From a virus (lineage: Duplodnaviria > Heunggongvirae > Uroviricota > Caudoviricetes): a stretch of 64,000 bases of DNA. This document shows, piece by piece, positions 44,955 to 55,466 of the stretch. The notes below the pieces were generated by a model. The model was not told the DNA's origin and searched no databases. It saw only the letters and a program-made list of their open reading frames with translations. The position numbers and the translations under genes were made by a program. Numbering within the stretch: position 1 is the stretch's first letter; each line of letters begins with the position of its first letter. Location: positions 18,026-82,025 of IMG/VR virus record IMGVR_UViG_2778261533_000001; one strand, 5' to 3'.

Positions 44955-45536
44955 ATGGCTCCTATAGCTTATGGGGTTTACAGCCAGGCTGACGGTGTAT
45001 CGCCATATCTGAAAGTTACTTTAACGAACTCTCAGTACCAGGTTACCGGATATATCAGCCAGGGAGCGGCAATGAACATGGCCCAGAATTGGGAAGCGCC
45101 GTTTACCGGTATGTCCATGGGATCTGTTTCTGGTGCTCTGGGTGGTTTTGTGCAAGTAGGTACTGAAACAACGTCGGTTGCCCGTTGGAATAGCTTAATG
45201 GTTTGGGAAGGGGGGACTCCGCCGACGTTCACGCTGCCTGTAACTTTCATTGCTTTGAACAATCCATTCATTGAAGTTTCAGGCGCTATCGCCGCGTTGA
45301 CAGCCATGATTAGCCCGGAACTAAAAGCGGCCAATGTTGGTGGTCGAATCCCGGAGCGCGTGACGCTAAACATTGGTCGCCGGATCAACATCACCGATGT
45401 CGCCATCCAGGACTTAAGTTTTGATCTCGATGCGCCAAGGGACAGTAATGGATATTTCCTGAAAAACACCGTCAACCTCCAGTTGACCGGTTCTTCGATA
45501 TATAACAGCTCCGATATTGTTCGGGCGTTCCAGTAA
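44955..45536 (+). CDS. Hypothetical structural protein
   Basis: 193-aa ORF with RBS GGAGG. Confidence 0.45.
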   Translation: MAPIAYGVYSQADGVSPYLKVTLTNSQYQVTGYISQGAAMNMAQNWEAPFTGMSMGSVSGALGGFVQVGTETTSVARWNSLMVWEGGTPPTFTLPVTFIALNNPFIEVSGAIAALTAMISPELKAANVGGRIPERVTLNIGRRINITDVAIQDLSFDLDAPRDSNGYFLKNTVNLQLTGSSIYNSSDIVRAFQ

Positions 45537-45547
45537 AAGGATTTTAT

Positions 45548-46057
45548 ATGGGGCACAATAACACTAAGGGAAACCGTAAATTTATTAAGGGCCGCTATAC
45601 TGCCAACGCGGCCAAAGGCGAACGACTGGTATCTTCTGAATTCCAGCTCACTTTTGCAGGCCATGAAGATATCAGCGTACTGGTTCGCACGTCGCAAATT
45701 CCTGAAATGACCCGCGAGGATGTGGAGGACTATGGTCCGAATGGTGTGAAGTTCAACCAGCACGGACCAATTCGAAACTCTGGGGAAATCCAGGTCCAGT
45801 GCGTGGAGACTATCGAAGGCGATATTCTTCAGTTCATCAAGGATCGCATTGCGGCGAAGGACTATGTTGATATCACGATGGCTGCTACCCCTGAATCCAA
45901 ATCTTCCGGGGTTAACGCTGTGACAAAAGCTGCTACAACAATTGAAATGTTGGACTGCAAAATCTACAGTGATGCAATCGACTTTAGTACCGAAGATGTG
46001 ACTGCTGCTGTGCGCCCGTCACTTCGTATCGTCTACAACTGGATTGAGTGGGATTAA
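45548..46057 (+). CDS. Hypothetical structural protein
   Basis: 169-aa ORF followed by terminator hairpin. Confidence 0.45.
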   Translation: MGHNNTKGNRKFIKGRYTANAAKGERLVSSEFQLTFAGHEDISVLVRTSQIPEMTREDVEDYGPNGVKFNQHGPIRNSGEIQVQCVETIEGDILQFIKDRIAAKDYVDITMAATPESKSSGVNAVTKAATTIEMLDCKIYSDAIDFSTEDVTAAVRPSLRIVYNWIEWD

Positions 46058-46076
46058 GAGTCATCCCTTGTATTTT

Positions 46077-46099
46077 AAAGCTCCTTCGGGAGCTTTTTT
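46077..46099 (+). terminator. Rho-independent terminator
   Basis: aaagctcc-ttcg-ggagcttt followed by T run. Confidence 0.65.
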
Positions 46100-46140
46100 G
46101 TGCTTAAATCATGTCAATATAGCGAAATTTTGAGCATATT

Positions 46141-46437
46141 ATGGAAATTGATTTTTCATACTCTCCTGAAACGATAGAACGAAGATTTGAAATAATTGGA
46201 TGCAAAACTATTTCCGAGGAGCATTATTGGATTCTCTATGATGCCAATACATGGTTATGTGCCTTAGCAGAATGTCAGCCATCGTTATGTGTAGGGGAGG
46301 GGGCTTTTCGACATAAGGTGCTGGCTACACTTGAAGTGAACACGTTACGATATTGGTGTGTAGAAATACTTAGTGATAACAAAGAATTGCACTTATTATT
46401 GCTGAATAAGTGTGCTTCTCTGCGCAGAAAAGCATGA
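46141..46437 (+). CDS. Hypothetical protein in AT-rich segment
   Basis: 98-aa ORF; coding status uncertain. Confidence 0.3.
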   Translation: MEIDFSYSPETIERRFEIIGCKTISEEHYWILYDANTWLCALAECQPSLCVGEGAFRHKVLATLEVNTLRYWCVEILSDNKELHLLLLNKCASLRRKA

Positions 46438-46602
46438 AAAAACCCAACCGCTCTCCCGGAATTATCAGAAGAATATGTGCGGAAAGTTATAGCTAGCTAT
46501 TGAAAAGCTAAAGTAGATCGGTTAGATTTGCATTACTCATCTACCATGTGTAGAAAGAGCGATCGAACCCGATACATAGCAATATGTGTCGGGTTCAGCT
46601 TT

Positions 46603-47082
46603 TTATGTCCCAAGTGCTCTTTTTCTGCTTTGTTTGAGTGTTCTGATTTTACTGTCATAGGTTACAACATAGGCTGTTTTGAGAAGCCAATAGTCTCTAC
46701 GTGCGGATAGCACAACAACGTAGTTTTCACACTCATTCCAGATTACCCACTCTTCAGTTGGTCCTCGTCTTTCAGACCAACATGATATATCGCAATGGTT
46801 ATAATTCCTTATCATGTGCGCGATCCAGCGAATTCGCTTGCACCGTTCAAGATCGGGTATACGTTCTTCTTCTATTTTTCCCTCTGATACTAAATGCCAA
46901 AATCCGAATTCTTTCCCATTATATTCCGGTGAATAACGTAATCGAACAGGGAGACCCTTAAACGTTATATTAGATATTAAAATATCTTCTCTAACAACAT
47001 CATATACATCGTCTATATACTCTTGCCAACTTCCATTGAAGTACAATAAATCTGGCATTTGAAGCATCAGCGAGCCTCCCAC
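46603..47082 (-). CDS. Hypothetical protein, second gene of AT-rich two-gene operon
   Basis: 159-aa ORF overlapping the upstream gene by 16 nt; no recognisable motifs. Confidence 0.45.
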   Translation of the reverse strand: MGGSLMLQMPDLLYFNGSWQEYIDDVYDVVREDILISNITFKGLPVRLRYSPEYNGKEFGFWHLVSEGKIEEERIPDLERCKRIRWIAHMIRNYNHCDISCWSERRGPTEEWVIWNECENYVVVLSARRDYWLLKTAYVVTYDSKIRTLKQSRKRALGT

Positions 47083-47771
47083 ACGAAAATATTAAATTTA
47101 CTTTCTGTTGGAAGAGTACTTTTTAGTAACTCCCTGTTTGTATGTGATTTTATTCTGTTTATGACTTGGATTTTTCCCGCGTTGCTATTCATTCCTCGAT
47201 GAACGTAGCCTAACGCGCCAATGAAAAGATCCGTTAGCTGCAATTGCTGCACTTCATGAGATCGTATATGTTGAATTCTGTTTATCGACTCATGATTGTA
47301 ATCATAGCGATCATTGTGAAGAACCCCTCTTAATTTCTCAATTTTTTCAATACCTAAAGTATCTTTTATATCTAGGTAGATATTGTATGTGTTGTTACTT
47401 TCTATTATGTTTTTTAAGACATAAAAAAACATCTTATAATAGAAAGTATTATGATCTTGATGGAATCGAGCATGGTCCAGTTGCTCTTTATCAGGAACAA
47501 CAACACCTCTAAAGCGCAATGCAGGGTTGCTGAAGAAGTAATCTACGACATCTAAGTAAAATTCAACTTTGGACGCAGATACTTTAGTCCACTTGATTTC
47601 GAAATCAGGTTTTAGATTGTGTTTTAATTTTAATTCCTTGATGTCTCTAGCAATTTTTTTTGTGATAGTGCCGGGACACCAAAGCGCACCCAATACCATG
47701 ACTTTATTATGATCATTTAGTAGGTGACAGGATTCATCGCAGAATACATTAAATGTTCTTCGGTTCAACAT
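47067..47771 (-). CDS. DUF3800-like protein (conserved N-terminal DES motif)
   Basis: 234 aa; N-terminal FNVFCDESCHL resembles the DUF3800 signature; AT-rich codon usage. Confidence 0.45.
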   Translation of the reverse strand: MLNRRTFNVFCDESCHLLNDHNKVMVLGALWCPGTITKKIARDIKELKLKHNLKPDFEIKWTKVSASKVEFYLDVVDYFFSNPALRFRGVVVPDKEQLDHARFHQDHNTFYYKMFFYVLKNIIESNNTYNIYLDIKDTLGIEKIEKLRGVLHNDRYDYNHESINRIQHIRSHEVQQLQLTDLFIGALGYVHRGMNSNAGKIQVINRIKSHTNRELLKSTLPTESKFNIFVWEAR

Positions 47772-47922
47772 GTTAACTCCACTTATTGTTAGGTAGAATT
47801 GTCCGTTAGTTGTTTATTAATTGCAATAATGGGGCGTCCAGTTTTGGCAACAGTGTCCTCTTACCAGGACACCTATGAGTTTGCCTTATGGCAAACTAGA
47901 GGTGTTGAAAGTATGCATGGTT

Positions 47923-47936
47923 ATAATTAGAGCAAT
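47923..47936 (-). promoter_or_regulatory. Degenerate C1 operator-like half-site (12/17)
   Basis: ttagagcaat core at the 3' end of repL, upstream of the two-gene operon. Confidence 0.3.
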
Positions 47937-47939
47937 TCA

Positions 47940-48785
47940 TTACCCTCTGAATCCTGCCGGTATACCCCATTGTTCGTTATCTTTATTTTTGGCTAAAACC
48001 GCATTAAGAGCTTCGTTTACCGTCATGCAATGCGGTAGGTTATCGAAGTTTGATATCCCGCCAATATCAGGCGAACGCTTGTTCTTCAGGTAAGCATATT
48101 TCCGCGCAGCCGCCTCTACTTTCTGCTTGAACTCATGTTTTTGAGTGCGTTTTTTGGATAACCGCAGATTGTCAGCCTTTGCTTTTGCCTTAGCGATCCA
48201 TGAAGTCAATTTTTTGAGGCTGGTCGTTCCGGCACCGCCGGAAACTGATCTTTTTGTTTTTTTAACTTGTGACTTCTTATTCTTTATTGCCACGTCATCC
48301 TGACAGGGGGAGGGGGTATCATTTTGACATGGGGGTGTGGATAAAAAATTAAATAAAGCCAATGTCTTAGCGAGAACAGCTTTAACCTTGGTTGCCGCTG
48401 AAGAGATCTTTAATTTGCTTTCTATCAGCGCATTTTTGGCTTGTTGTGCGAAGGCCAAAAAGGATGGTGTAAACCGGTACAGGTTAGCGCGACGTTCACG
48501 GTGATCGCCGATAACAATCTCTACAGACAGAATTCCTTTGTTTACAGCTTCACGGAATGCACGAACGACGGTTGATTGGCTATAACCAGTTTCTGCCGCG
48601 ATCAGGCGGTGAGGCTTGTGAATGAAGTATTCACTGGTTGTTGCCGCGAGATTTGCACATTGCGACAGGATATGCCCGGCGCTACGGGATAGACCGGAGT
48701 GTGTTACAAAGCAGGCCAATTCATAGCCAGAAAAAGTAAAATCGCTCATCGTTATACAGCTCAGGAAAGTGACTTTAGCCAGCAT
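47940..48785 (-). CDS. repL: Lytic replication initiator RepL-like protein
   Basis: 281 aa, same length and position (downstream of kilA) as P1 RepL; basic C-terminal half. Confidence 0.6.
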   Translation of the reverse strand: MLAKVTFLSCITMSDFTFSGYELACFVTHSGLSRSAGHILSQCANLAATTSEYFIHKPHRLIAAETGYSQSTVVRAFREAVNKGILSVEIVIGDHRERRANLYRFTPSFLAFAQQAKNALIESKLKISSAATKVKAVLAKTLALFNFLSTPPCQNDTPSPCQDDVAIKNKKSQVKKTKRSVSGGAGTTSLKKLTSWIAKAKAKADNLRLSKKRTQKHEFKQKVEAAARKYAYLKNKRSPDIGGISNFDNLPHCMTVNEALNAVLAKNKDNEQWGIPAGFRG

Positions 48786-48814
48786 TACAATGCTGGTGGT
48801 TCTTACTACGTCTG

Positions 48815-49615
48815 TTAGCGCGTTGCCGCGACAGGTACCAGCACACCAGCATCAAGCAATCGCTTCATCAGCCACTGCTGACCTTTGCCGGTTATACGAG
48901 TCGTGAAAGAAATCCTGCTTCCATTGCTTGTATCGATCACGGTTTCTTTAAGGGTGAAATACCCACGAGATATGTATTCTTGTTTGGGGACGTTCCTGCG
49001 TTCACCGGTTGCGATCAGAATTCCGTTATCACGCAACCAGGTGAAGAGATAGTTTTGGCCCAGGCCGAGCACTTTGGCATAGTTGCCGATTAGAACCCCG
49101 CTGGCGGTAGCAACGCGTTCGGCGAATTCGACTTTAGGTGCATCCATAAGCATTTTTTGCTCCAGCCGTTGCTTTTGCTCTGCCAGGTCGGCAGCCAAAC
49201 GGAGAGCTTCAGGGAGACTCTGCGGAATAGCAGGTTGTAATCTTCCGGCTCGATAGTCGATAAATGTCTGGTTTACCTTCAGCCGAAATGCGGGAGAAAT
49301 CCAGCCTGCGTACTCCACAGCGAGCAATTCATGGGCAAAAGTGCCGCCGCCACGGCCTTCGAACGAAACTATGCAATTCTGCATAGTTTCTTTTTCAAGC
49401 TCTTCGATGAGCTGTTTGGCTGACAGCGTTCTTAGCCATTGAGCTGGCGCTTTATGGGCACCGAGTCCGCTCGCTCTGTGTAGAGCATTAAGGTTGTAAC
49501 GGCCAGCGCGGTCGGTCGTAATTTCAACACCACAAATAACAGGCAGAGTGGTTGAAGGATCGACATTTTGATGAAGGTTTGATATATTCATATCCGCATT
49601 GAATGTTTGTTGCAT
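48815..49615 (-). CDS. kilA: KilA-like protein (KilA-N domain plus Ant-type C-terminal domain)
   Basis: 266 aa; C-terminal 130 aa homologous to Ant C-termini (LPEALRLAA.LAEQKQ.LEQK...APKV.FA.RV); C1 operator upstream. Confidence 0.65.
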   Translation of the reverse strand: MQQTFNADMNISNLHQNVDPSTTLPVICGVEITTDRAGRYNLNALHRASGLGAHKAPAQWLRTLSAKQLIEELEKETMQNCIVSFEGRGGGTFAHELLAVEYAGWISPAFRLKVNQTFIDYRAGRLQPAIPQSLPEALRLAADLAEQKQRLEQKMLMDAPKVEFAERVATASGVLIGNYAKVLGLGQNYLFTWLRDNGILIATGERRNVPKQEYISRGYFTLKETVIDTSNGSRISFTTRITGKGQQWLMKRLLDAGVLVPVAATR

Positions 49616-49684
49616 TTTTTCTCCAAATTTGCATCAACCTTCAATCACCAGCTCGAAATGGTGATTCTTTGCACTTAGAAAACG

Positions 49685-49701
49685 AAATTTATTAGAGCAA
49701 A
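49685..49701 (-). promoter_or_regulatory. C1 operator-like site (16/17) upstream of kilA-repL
   Basis: aaatttattagagcaaa. Confidence 0.6.
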
Positions 49702-49779
49702 TTTTTCTAACTCGATCCAGATCGGGTTGGTCGATCTGCTCAGAAACCTGCCAGTTTGCTGGCAGGTTTTTTTCTTTTG

Positions 49780-51189
49780 TTAACCTATTGCTACTGGTTT
49801 TAACAAACCAGCATCAAGTAGCTTGCGAGTTAACCACTGCTGGCCTTTACCCGTTAATTGGGGCGTCAGCCGTATCTGGTAGCCATTTTCATCATCCAGT
49901 ACCACTTCTTTCACCGTGAAATACCCGGCGTTGATGTACTGTTGGCGCGGTACGTTTTTGCGCGCACCAAAAGCCATGAGAATGCCGTTCTGGCGCAACC
50001 ATGAGAAAAGGGCGTTTTGCTTAAGTCCAACGACCTTTGCAAAGTTCCCGATCAGGATTCCATTAGCCACTGATACCCGGTCGGCAAAATCGACTTTAGG
50101 GGCTGCGGCCACCAGCTGCTGATTTAGCTGGTGAGTTTTCTGTTCCAGTAGCTGCTTTTGTTCAGCCAGCTCGGCAGCCAGGCGCAGAGCTTCGGGAAGC
50201 GTCTGGGGGATTGCGACCGGTTGCTGTTCTTTTTGCCGGAAGTAGCTATCTTCCAGTTTTTCAAAGAATGCCCACGCTTGCTCTGTGTCTACGATCTTAG
50301 ACATGCGTGCCGCTCCGCGTTCGGTCCAGAGTATTAAGGATCTGGTCTTGGGGGAAATTTGCAACTCGCTAAAAGATAGTCGCAAACTTTTTATCTCATC
50401 TCCTTTGATTTTAAAGAAGTGTTTACCCTCTACAAATCGTTCTTCATTGCGATTGTAGTTCTGCTGAATACGAATAGGTGTAGTGCCATACCCTCTAGCA
50501 AGAGTCTCGGTTGTCACGACGCGTACTCCCTGCCATTCCAGAACGGGAATTTCATCAGGATGATTTTCAACATTTATAGGTTCCAATGCCTGAATCATGG
50601 TATGTAGCGAACGGCGGACCGCTTTTGACTCGCGCGCGGCAACTCGCAGGGCTTGTTTGTAGGTCATGGTTATGACAACCATAGGCGTACCGCCACCTGG
50701 CGGCACGGTTGCACTTTTTGTGTAACCGTCCTCACCTTCTAATTCGTCGAGTATTTTTTCGATGAATTTGTTGTTCCGAACCTCTGGTTCCCCACATAAC
50801 TTACGCGCTTCATTGACCATCTTTAACAGTGTCTGGCTGTCGATTGTGTCTCCAGTGTTGGAGATAACATTCACAGCTGGTGATGGCGTAGCTGAAGCAA
50901 CAGGTGCTGGTTTTTCAACATTCAAATTATTACCGGTCATTCTATGTGCCTCCTTTCTCATTTCTGCTGCCACTGTTGCGTAACGTAGACGTCCTTGTTC
51001 AATCAAATAGTCCCTGATCTCGGCTATCAGTAGCCTGTTGATCACAGCCTTATCTGTTCGGGTATAAAAACGCCTGGTTATCATGAAATAGTTGGCAATT
51101 GCGCCGGGGATCTCCCGTGTCGGCATACAGGTTGTATGCAGGGCGATCGCTTCGGCTATTTCATTACGGGTGACGAGAGGTTTTTTCAT
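49780..51189 (-). CDS. ant: Antirepressor Ant (Ant1-type)
   Basis: 469 aa directly downstream of icd with overlapping start/stop; C-terminal domain shared with KilA and the 371-aa paralog. Confidence 0.7.
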   Translation of the reverse strand: MKKPLVTRNEIAEAIALHTTCMPTREIPGAIANYFMITRRFYTRTDKAVINRLLIAEIRDYLIEQGRLRYATVAAEMRKEAHRMTGNNLNVEKPAPVASATPSPAVNVISNTGDTIDSQTLLKMVNEARKLCGEPEVRNNKFIEKILDELEGEDGYTKSATVPPGGGTPMVVITMTYKQALRVAARESKAVRRSLHTMIQALEPINVENHPDEIPVLEWQGVRVVTTETLARGYGTTPIRIQQNYNRNEERFVEGKHFFKIKGDEIKSLRLSFSELQISPKTRSLILWTERGAARMSKIVDTEQAWAFFEKLEDSYFRQKEQQPVAIPQTLPEALRLAAELAEQKQLLEQKTHQLNQQLVAAAPKVDFADRVSVANGILIGNFAKVVGLKQNALFSWLRQNGILMAFGARKNVPRQQYINAGYFTVKEVVLDDENGYQIRLTPQLTGKGQQWLTRKLLDAGLLKPVAIG

Positions 51190-51407
51190 AAATCCCCCTG
51201 AACGTCGGCAGAGAAGGGGAGGTTCCAGTAACTAAGTGAATTGCGCGAGTTAGTTGAAAAACGGGCAGTAAAAATGCAGGGGCCATCAGGCAATTGAGAG
51301 CGTGCTTCGTCTTCTGTTGCTGCGATGACGAAGTGATAGTGGTGTTTTTTACAGGAATAGAAACGCCAGATGAATTCTTGGCGTGCGCAAGGATTGGCAT
51401 TAACCAT
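51186..51407 (-). CDS. icd: Icd (interference with cell division) protein
   Basis: 73-aa ORF immediately upstream of and overlapping ant; matches the P1 icd-ant arrangement. Confidence 0.7.
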   Translation of the reverse strand: MVNANPCARQEFIWRFYSCKKHHYHFVIAATEDEARSQLPDGPCIFTARFSTNSRNSLSYWNLPFSADVQGDL

Positions 51408-51721
51408 AGTTACGGCCTCACAATCAGGTTTAACAACCTGCTACCCGCTGCTAAACAGGTGGCAGGACGTGACGGGGTTAGCAGACTGGCGATTGTGAAA
51501 CCAGCAGGCCGAAGCCTCCCCATCACGCCCCACCATAATTTGGGCGTAACGCGGTTTTACGGACACAAAAATACCGCAATATCGGATATCTGCGGCTGTC
51601 CGCACAATCATTCAGGCTGCTAAACCCGGTCGCAGAATTTGCTACGACGGCGAAACTATAAGCCTGAACGATTAAAAGGTCAATATGATGCGAAAAGATA
51701 GCATTCACGACTTAAAAATAC
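51408..51721 (-). ncRNA. c4-type antisense RNA and leader region of the immunity I operon (boundaries approximate)
   Basis: Untranslated about 300-nt leader between C1 operator (51722..51738) and icd; P1 encodes the c4 antisense RNA here; exact RNA ends not determinable by eye. Confidence 0.35.
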
Positions 51722-51738
51722 AAATTTATTAGAGCATT
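51722..51738 (-). promoter_or_regulatory. C1 operator-like site (16/17) upstream of the c4-icd-ant operon
   Basis: aaatttattagagcatt. Confidence 0.6.
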
Positions 51739-51835
51739 GTTTGTTTAATAAATGCACAATTGGATCTAATAACCTCTTTTTTTTAAAGGCGAAAATATGT
51801 ACCCTAAATGAGTTATAAGGCAGGTGAGGTTATAA

Positions 51836-51969
51836 TGAGAAAACTATTACTACCGTTATTATTTATGGCTGGGACTGTTAATGCAGCATCAAGCGTAAAG
51901 GAGATTTGTACCGATTATACGAAATACCTTGGGCACGTTTACGCCTTTGCGATCAATGACTATTAATCC
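51836..51969 (+). CDS. Small secreted protein (signal peptide)
   Basis: 44-aa ORF MRKLLLPLLFMAGTVNAASS...; below ORF-track cutoff; AT-rich. Confidence 0.3.
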
Positions 51970-52305
51970 ATGCGTAGGAGTGGATTTATGCTGATTCGTT
52001 TGTTTTTAGTGCTTTCCTTTTTAACATTTAATGTTTTTGCTGATGAAGTTGACTTTTCGAAGGTAGATTGTAATTCAGTGGAAACAAGAAAAGCTCTTAT
52101 TGAAGAATATAACGAAATATTATCGTCATATGGAATAACAGTGGTTGATTCTTATAATCAAAAAACTATTCAGAAAGGAATAAATAAACTGGTCTGTTAT
52201 GGGGTTTACCAATATTCAGATGGCTCTTCGGAGTATGTTATTTATAAAGCATACCCAAATAGTCTTGGTGAATTAATTAGTGAGTTTAAACCGATTAATG
52301 AGTGA
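51970..52305 (+). CDS. Secreted protein (signal peptide), sim-region candidate
   Basis: 111 aa, N-terminal MLIRLFLVLSFLTFNVFADE signal peptide; AT-rich. Confidence 0.45.
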   Translation: MRRSGFMLIRLFLVLSFLTFNVFADEVDFSKVDCNSVETRKALIEEYNEILSSYGITVVDSYNQKTIQKGINKLVCYGVYQYSDGSSEYVIYKAYPNSLGELISEFKPINE

Positions 52306-52312
52306 ATGGAAA

Positions 52313-53092
52313 ATGAAATTATTTAATGTAATAACATTTTGTTGTGCTATTTTTGCTGGAAGCGCGATAGCTGATAATAAATTGCCAGATTGGCTTTCTA
52401 CCTCAAAGAAAGATTATGATTTAGTAAGGGCATTCTATTTGTCTGGATTTGCTTCGAAAGCAATGAACAATCAATTTGGTTATCATTTGCCATCTGAGTT
52501 GGTTAATGATTTTAAAGATAATGAATTTGCTGCTCAGGAAAAATGGAACACAATTCCAATTGTGTATGGTGAAATAAAATCCATAAGAATGGTGAATAAT
52601 AAACCAATTGTAGAGTTATTTACTCCAGGGGAAAATGCAACGCCACTAAATTATATCAAATTGAAAATATTGGATTCAAAGCAAGACTCTCTGTTAAAAC
52701 TAAAAAAAGGGGATGATATATATGCAGTGTGCTCAGGTGCTAATTTTAGCTTAGTGCCAATTCTGAGCAACTGCACTCCTGCAACAGACGTCATTGATGC
52801 TGCACTCTCTTTTTCTGGTGAATATATGTTCCCTGCTTTTGATTCTTTTTCGCCTACTAAGCAAAACGTCAAATATATATTCACAAATCAAGATCCTGTT
52901 CAGATGATGAATTTTATAGGGTACCTATCCTTAGTCGATACAACGAAGGATAAGAAAAAAATGGATATGGTTCGTAAGTGTACGCCTTGGAAGCCGGAAT
53001 GTTCACAACAATTCGTTGATGTAATGGAAGGATTTGATAGCATCATGTATAAATATGAGGGAGAATTTAAAAATTACATAGAATTAAAATAG
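52313..53092 (+). CDS. Secreted/periplasmic protein, superinfection-exclusion (Sim-like) candidate
   Basis: ORF 52280..53092; signal peptide MKLFNVITFCCAIFAGSAIA; AT-rich; position next to immunity I as for P1 sim. Confidence 0.45.
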   Translation: MKLFNVITFCCAIFAGSAIADNKLPDWLSTSKKDYDLVRAFYLSGFASKAMNNQFGYHLPSELVNDFKDNEFAAQEKWNTIPIVYGEIKSIRMVNNKPIVELFTPGENATPLNYIKLKILDSKQDSLLKLKKGDDIYAVCSGANFSLVPILSNCTPATDVIDAALSFSGEYMFPAFDSFSPTKQNVKYIFTNQDPVQMMNFIGYLSLVDTTKDKKKMDMVRKCTPWKPECSQQFVDVMEGFDSIMYKYEGEFKNYIELK

Positions 53093-53124
53093 TATTTGAA
53101 AGGATAGTCAATTTAAGTTTAAAA

Positions 53125-53150
53125 AAACGCCCATTAAAGGGCGTTTTATT
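53125..53150 (+). terminator. Rho-independent terminator
   Basis: aacgccc-attaaa-gggcgtt followed by T-rich run. Confidence 0.65.
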
Positions 53151-53276
53151 GTTTTACTCAAAACAACCTGATTATGTGATAACCATATCATATCCCTCAT
53201 TCCACCTACACTGATTACCCCCCAGACAACAATATTCCTACTCAATGAACAAATGACTACTCGTAGAATCGGTTAA

Positions 53277-53867
<591 letters not shown>

Positions 53868-53877
53868 GGGGGCTGAT

Positions 53878-54489
53878 ATGGGGCTTAATGTTGCTTCAGT
53901 AAAGTCTTATGTATCTTCGGCATTAACGACGACATTATTTGGCTCCGGCGTTGGTGAGCGGGAAGTTGGTAAGCTGACGTCAATCATCATGAACAAAATG
54001 CTGTTCGCGCAAGGATGGCAGTTCTCTGTCGAAGTTGATGGTCTGGAGGGGGCAGACTTCTTTGCTAAAGACATTACCTACCACGATTACAGCATCGAAT
54101 ATGAAACGATTAAAATCGGCGGAGGGAATATCCTTCAGCCAACGGAGCGTTCGCCTGGGCAGATAACAATGATGGTCAGGGATACCGTTGATGGCCTCGT
54201 TTTGGACTGGTTTAAGACGGCAAAAAGTCGGGTGATCAATCCGGACGGTACCGGGAATATACCGTCTAAATATTTGCTCAATGTGCGTATTTATCGGTTG
54301 CTGTCCTCCGGTTTAACCAAACTGGAAAATGAGATGACGGTATTCCCGGTCACTACCGGCGATGTCACCTATGCGCGGGATCAGGTTACGGAATTTAAGT
54401 CATTCCCAATGACCTTCGCATTGCACAGCACGTTTAACCAATCCTCAAGTTCTTTAGCTTCCCTTCTGGGCTTTAGTTTTTCGCTTTAA
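53878..54489 (+). CDS. Probable tail tube protein
   Basis: 203-aa ORF immediately upstream of the tape-measure region; by size and position. Confidence 0.45.
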   Translation: MGLNVASVKSYVSSALTTTLFGSGVGEREVGKLTSIIMNKMLFAQGWQFSVEVDGLEGADFFAKDITYHDYSIEYETIKIGGGNILQPTERSPGQITMMVRDTVDGLVLDWFKTAKSRVINPDGTGNIPSKYLLNVRIYRLLSSGLTKLENEMTVFPVTTGDVTYARDQVTEFKSFPMTFALHSTFNQSSSSLASLLGFSFSL

Positions 54490-54503
54490 ATTAAGGAGCA
54501 AGG

Positions 54504-55385
54504 ATGCTTTTACCCCTTTTCCCGCTACCATCGCGGCCAACTGAATTAATCCAGTTCCGTCAGCCAAATATTGCTGATGCGATGCGTTTCAACTCGATAA
54601 CACCGGAGGAACAAGAACAACAGACAACGGCGTATTTAAAAGCCTTGCTGGCTGAACCCGCGAAACATGATCCCCTGACATGGACGGCGCAGGACCGGAT
54701 TACCGCGTTATGGTGGATATTTACCGGCTCCCGTGAAACACCGGTCGAGACATTCACCTACACCTGTAAACATTGCGGTAAAGAGCATTATTACGATTGC
54801 GATATGAATGCTCTGGCTGAAGATATCCAGGTCCTGGAAGTGGAACCTTTCATTGACGATATTGAGGTGTCTGTAGAGGGAGTACCTTATCAATGGCGTA
54901 TCGTGCCGCTTGATGGTTGGGCAATGGAAATGCTGGAGATGCGCCGTGCAGCATTGCCACCTGAAGACGACGCGGAATTCAAAGAAGCGATCGTTGATTT
55001 GCGTTTTTGGGAATTCGCTTATCAGTGTGAGCTTTATAACGATGTTAGCGGTACTCGTGAAGATCAGGCTGAGCGTCGTTATGAAACGATTAAACGGATG
55101 GCCATTGATACTGAATTTATGAAGCTGGCGGCACACATCCGACTGGCTCATGAAAAGCTCGAACATGGTTTACCGTGCTACATCGATAAAGGTGAAATGC
55201 GTCTTCGTCTCCCGCCGCATAAATGCCCAAATCAGGATAAAAAGGAGTCCACAGAGGGTGCATATACCCGTCTGTGGGTGCCCTTTCGGGCTACCGACTT
55301 CATTCCACAGGTGGGGATTGAAAAGCTATCAGACCTTAGTGTCCAACCTGGTTTTGTATGGGGGTATACCGATTCAGGACGCTGA
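54504..55385 (+). CDS. Hypothetical tail-assembly protein with Cys cluster
   Basis: 293-aa ORF with CKHCGKEHYYDC motif. Confidence 0.45.
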   Translation: MLLPLFPLPSRPTELIQFRQPNIADAMRFNSITPEEQEQQTTAYLKALLAEPAKHDPLTWTAQDRITALWWIFTGSRETPVETFTYTCKHCGKEHYYDCDMNALAEDIQVLEVEPFIDDIEVSVEGVPYQWRIVPLDGWAMEMLEMRRAALPPEDDAEFKEAIVDLRFWEFAYQCELYNDVSGTREDQAERRYETIKRMAIDTEFMKLAAHIRLAHEKLEHGLPCYIDKGEMRLRLPPHKCPNQDKKESTEGAYTRLWVPFRATDFIPQVGIEKLSDLSVQPGFVWGYTDSGR

Positions 55386-55466
55386 AAGGCTTACTGAATC
55401 CTATGCGTTTTTCCTGTTGGAGAAACTGGAAGAAAAACTTAAACCGAAACGGTAGGCGATAAGATC

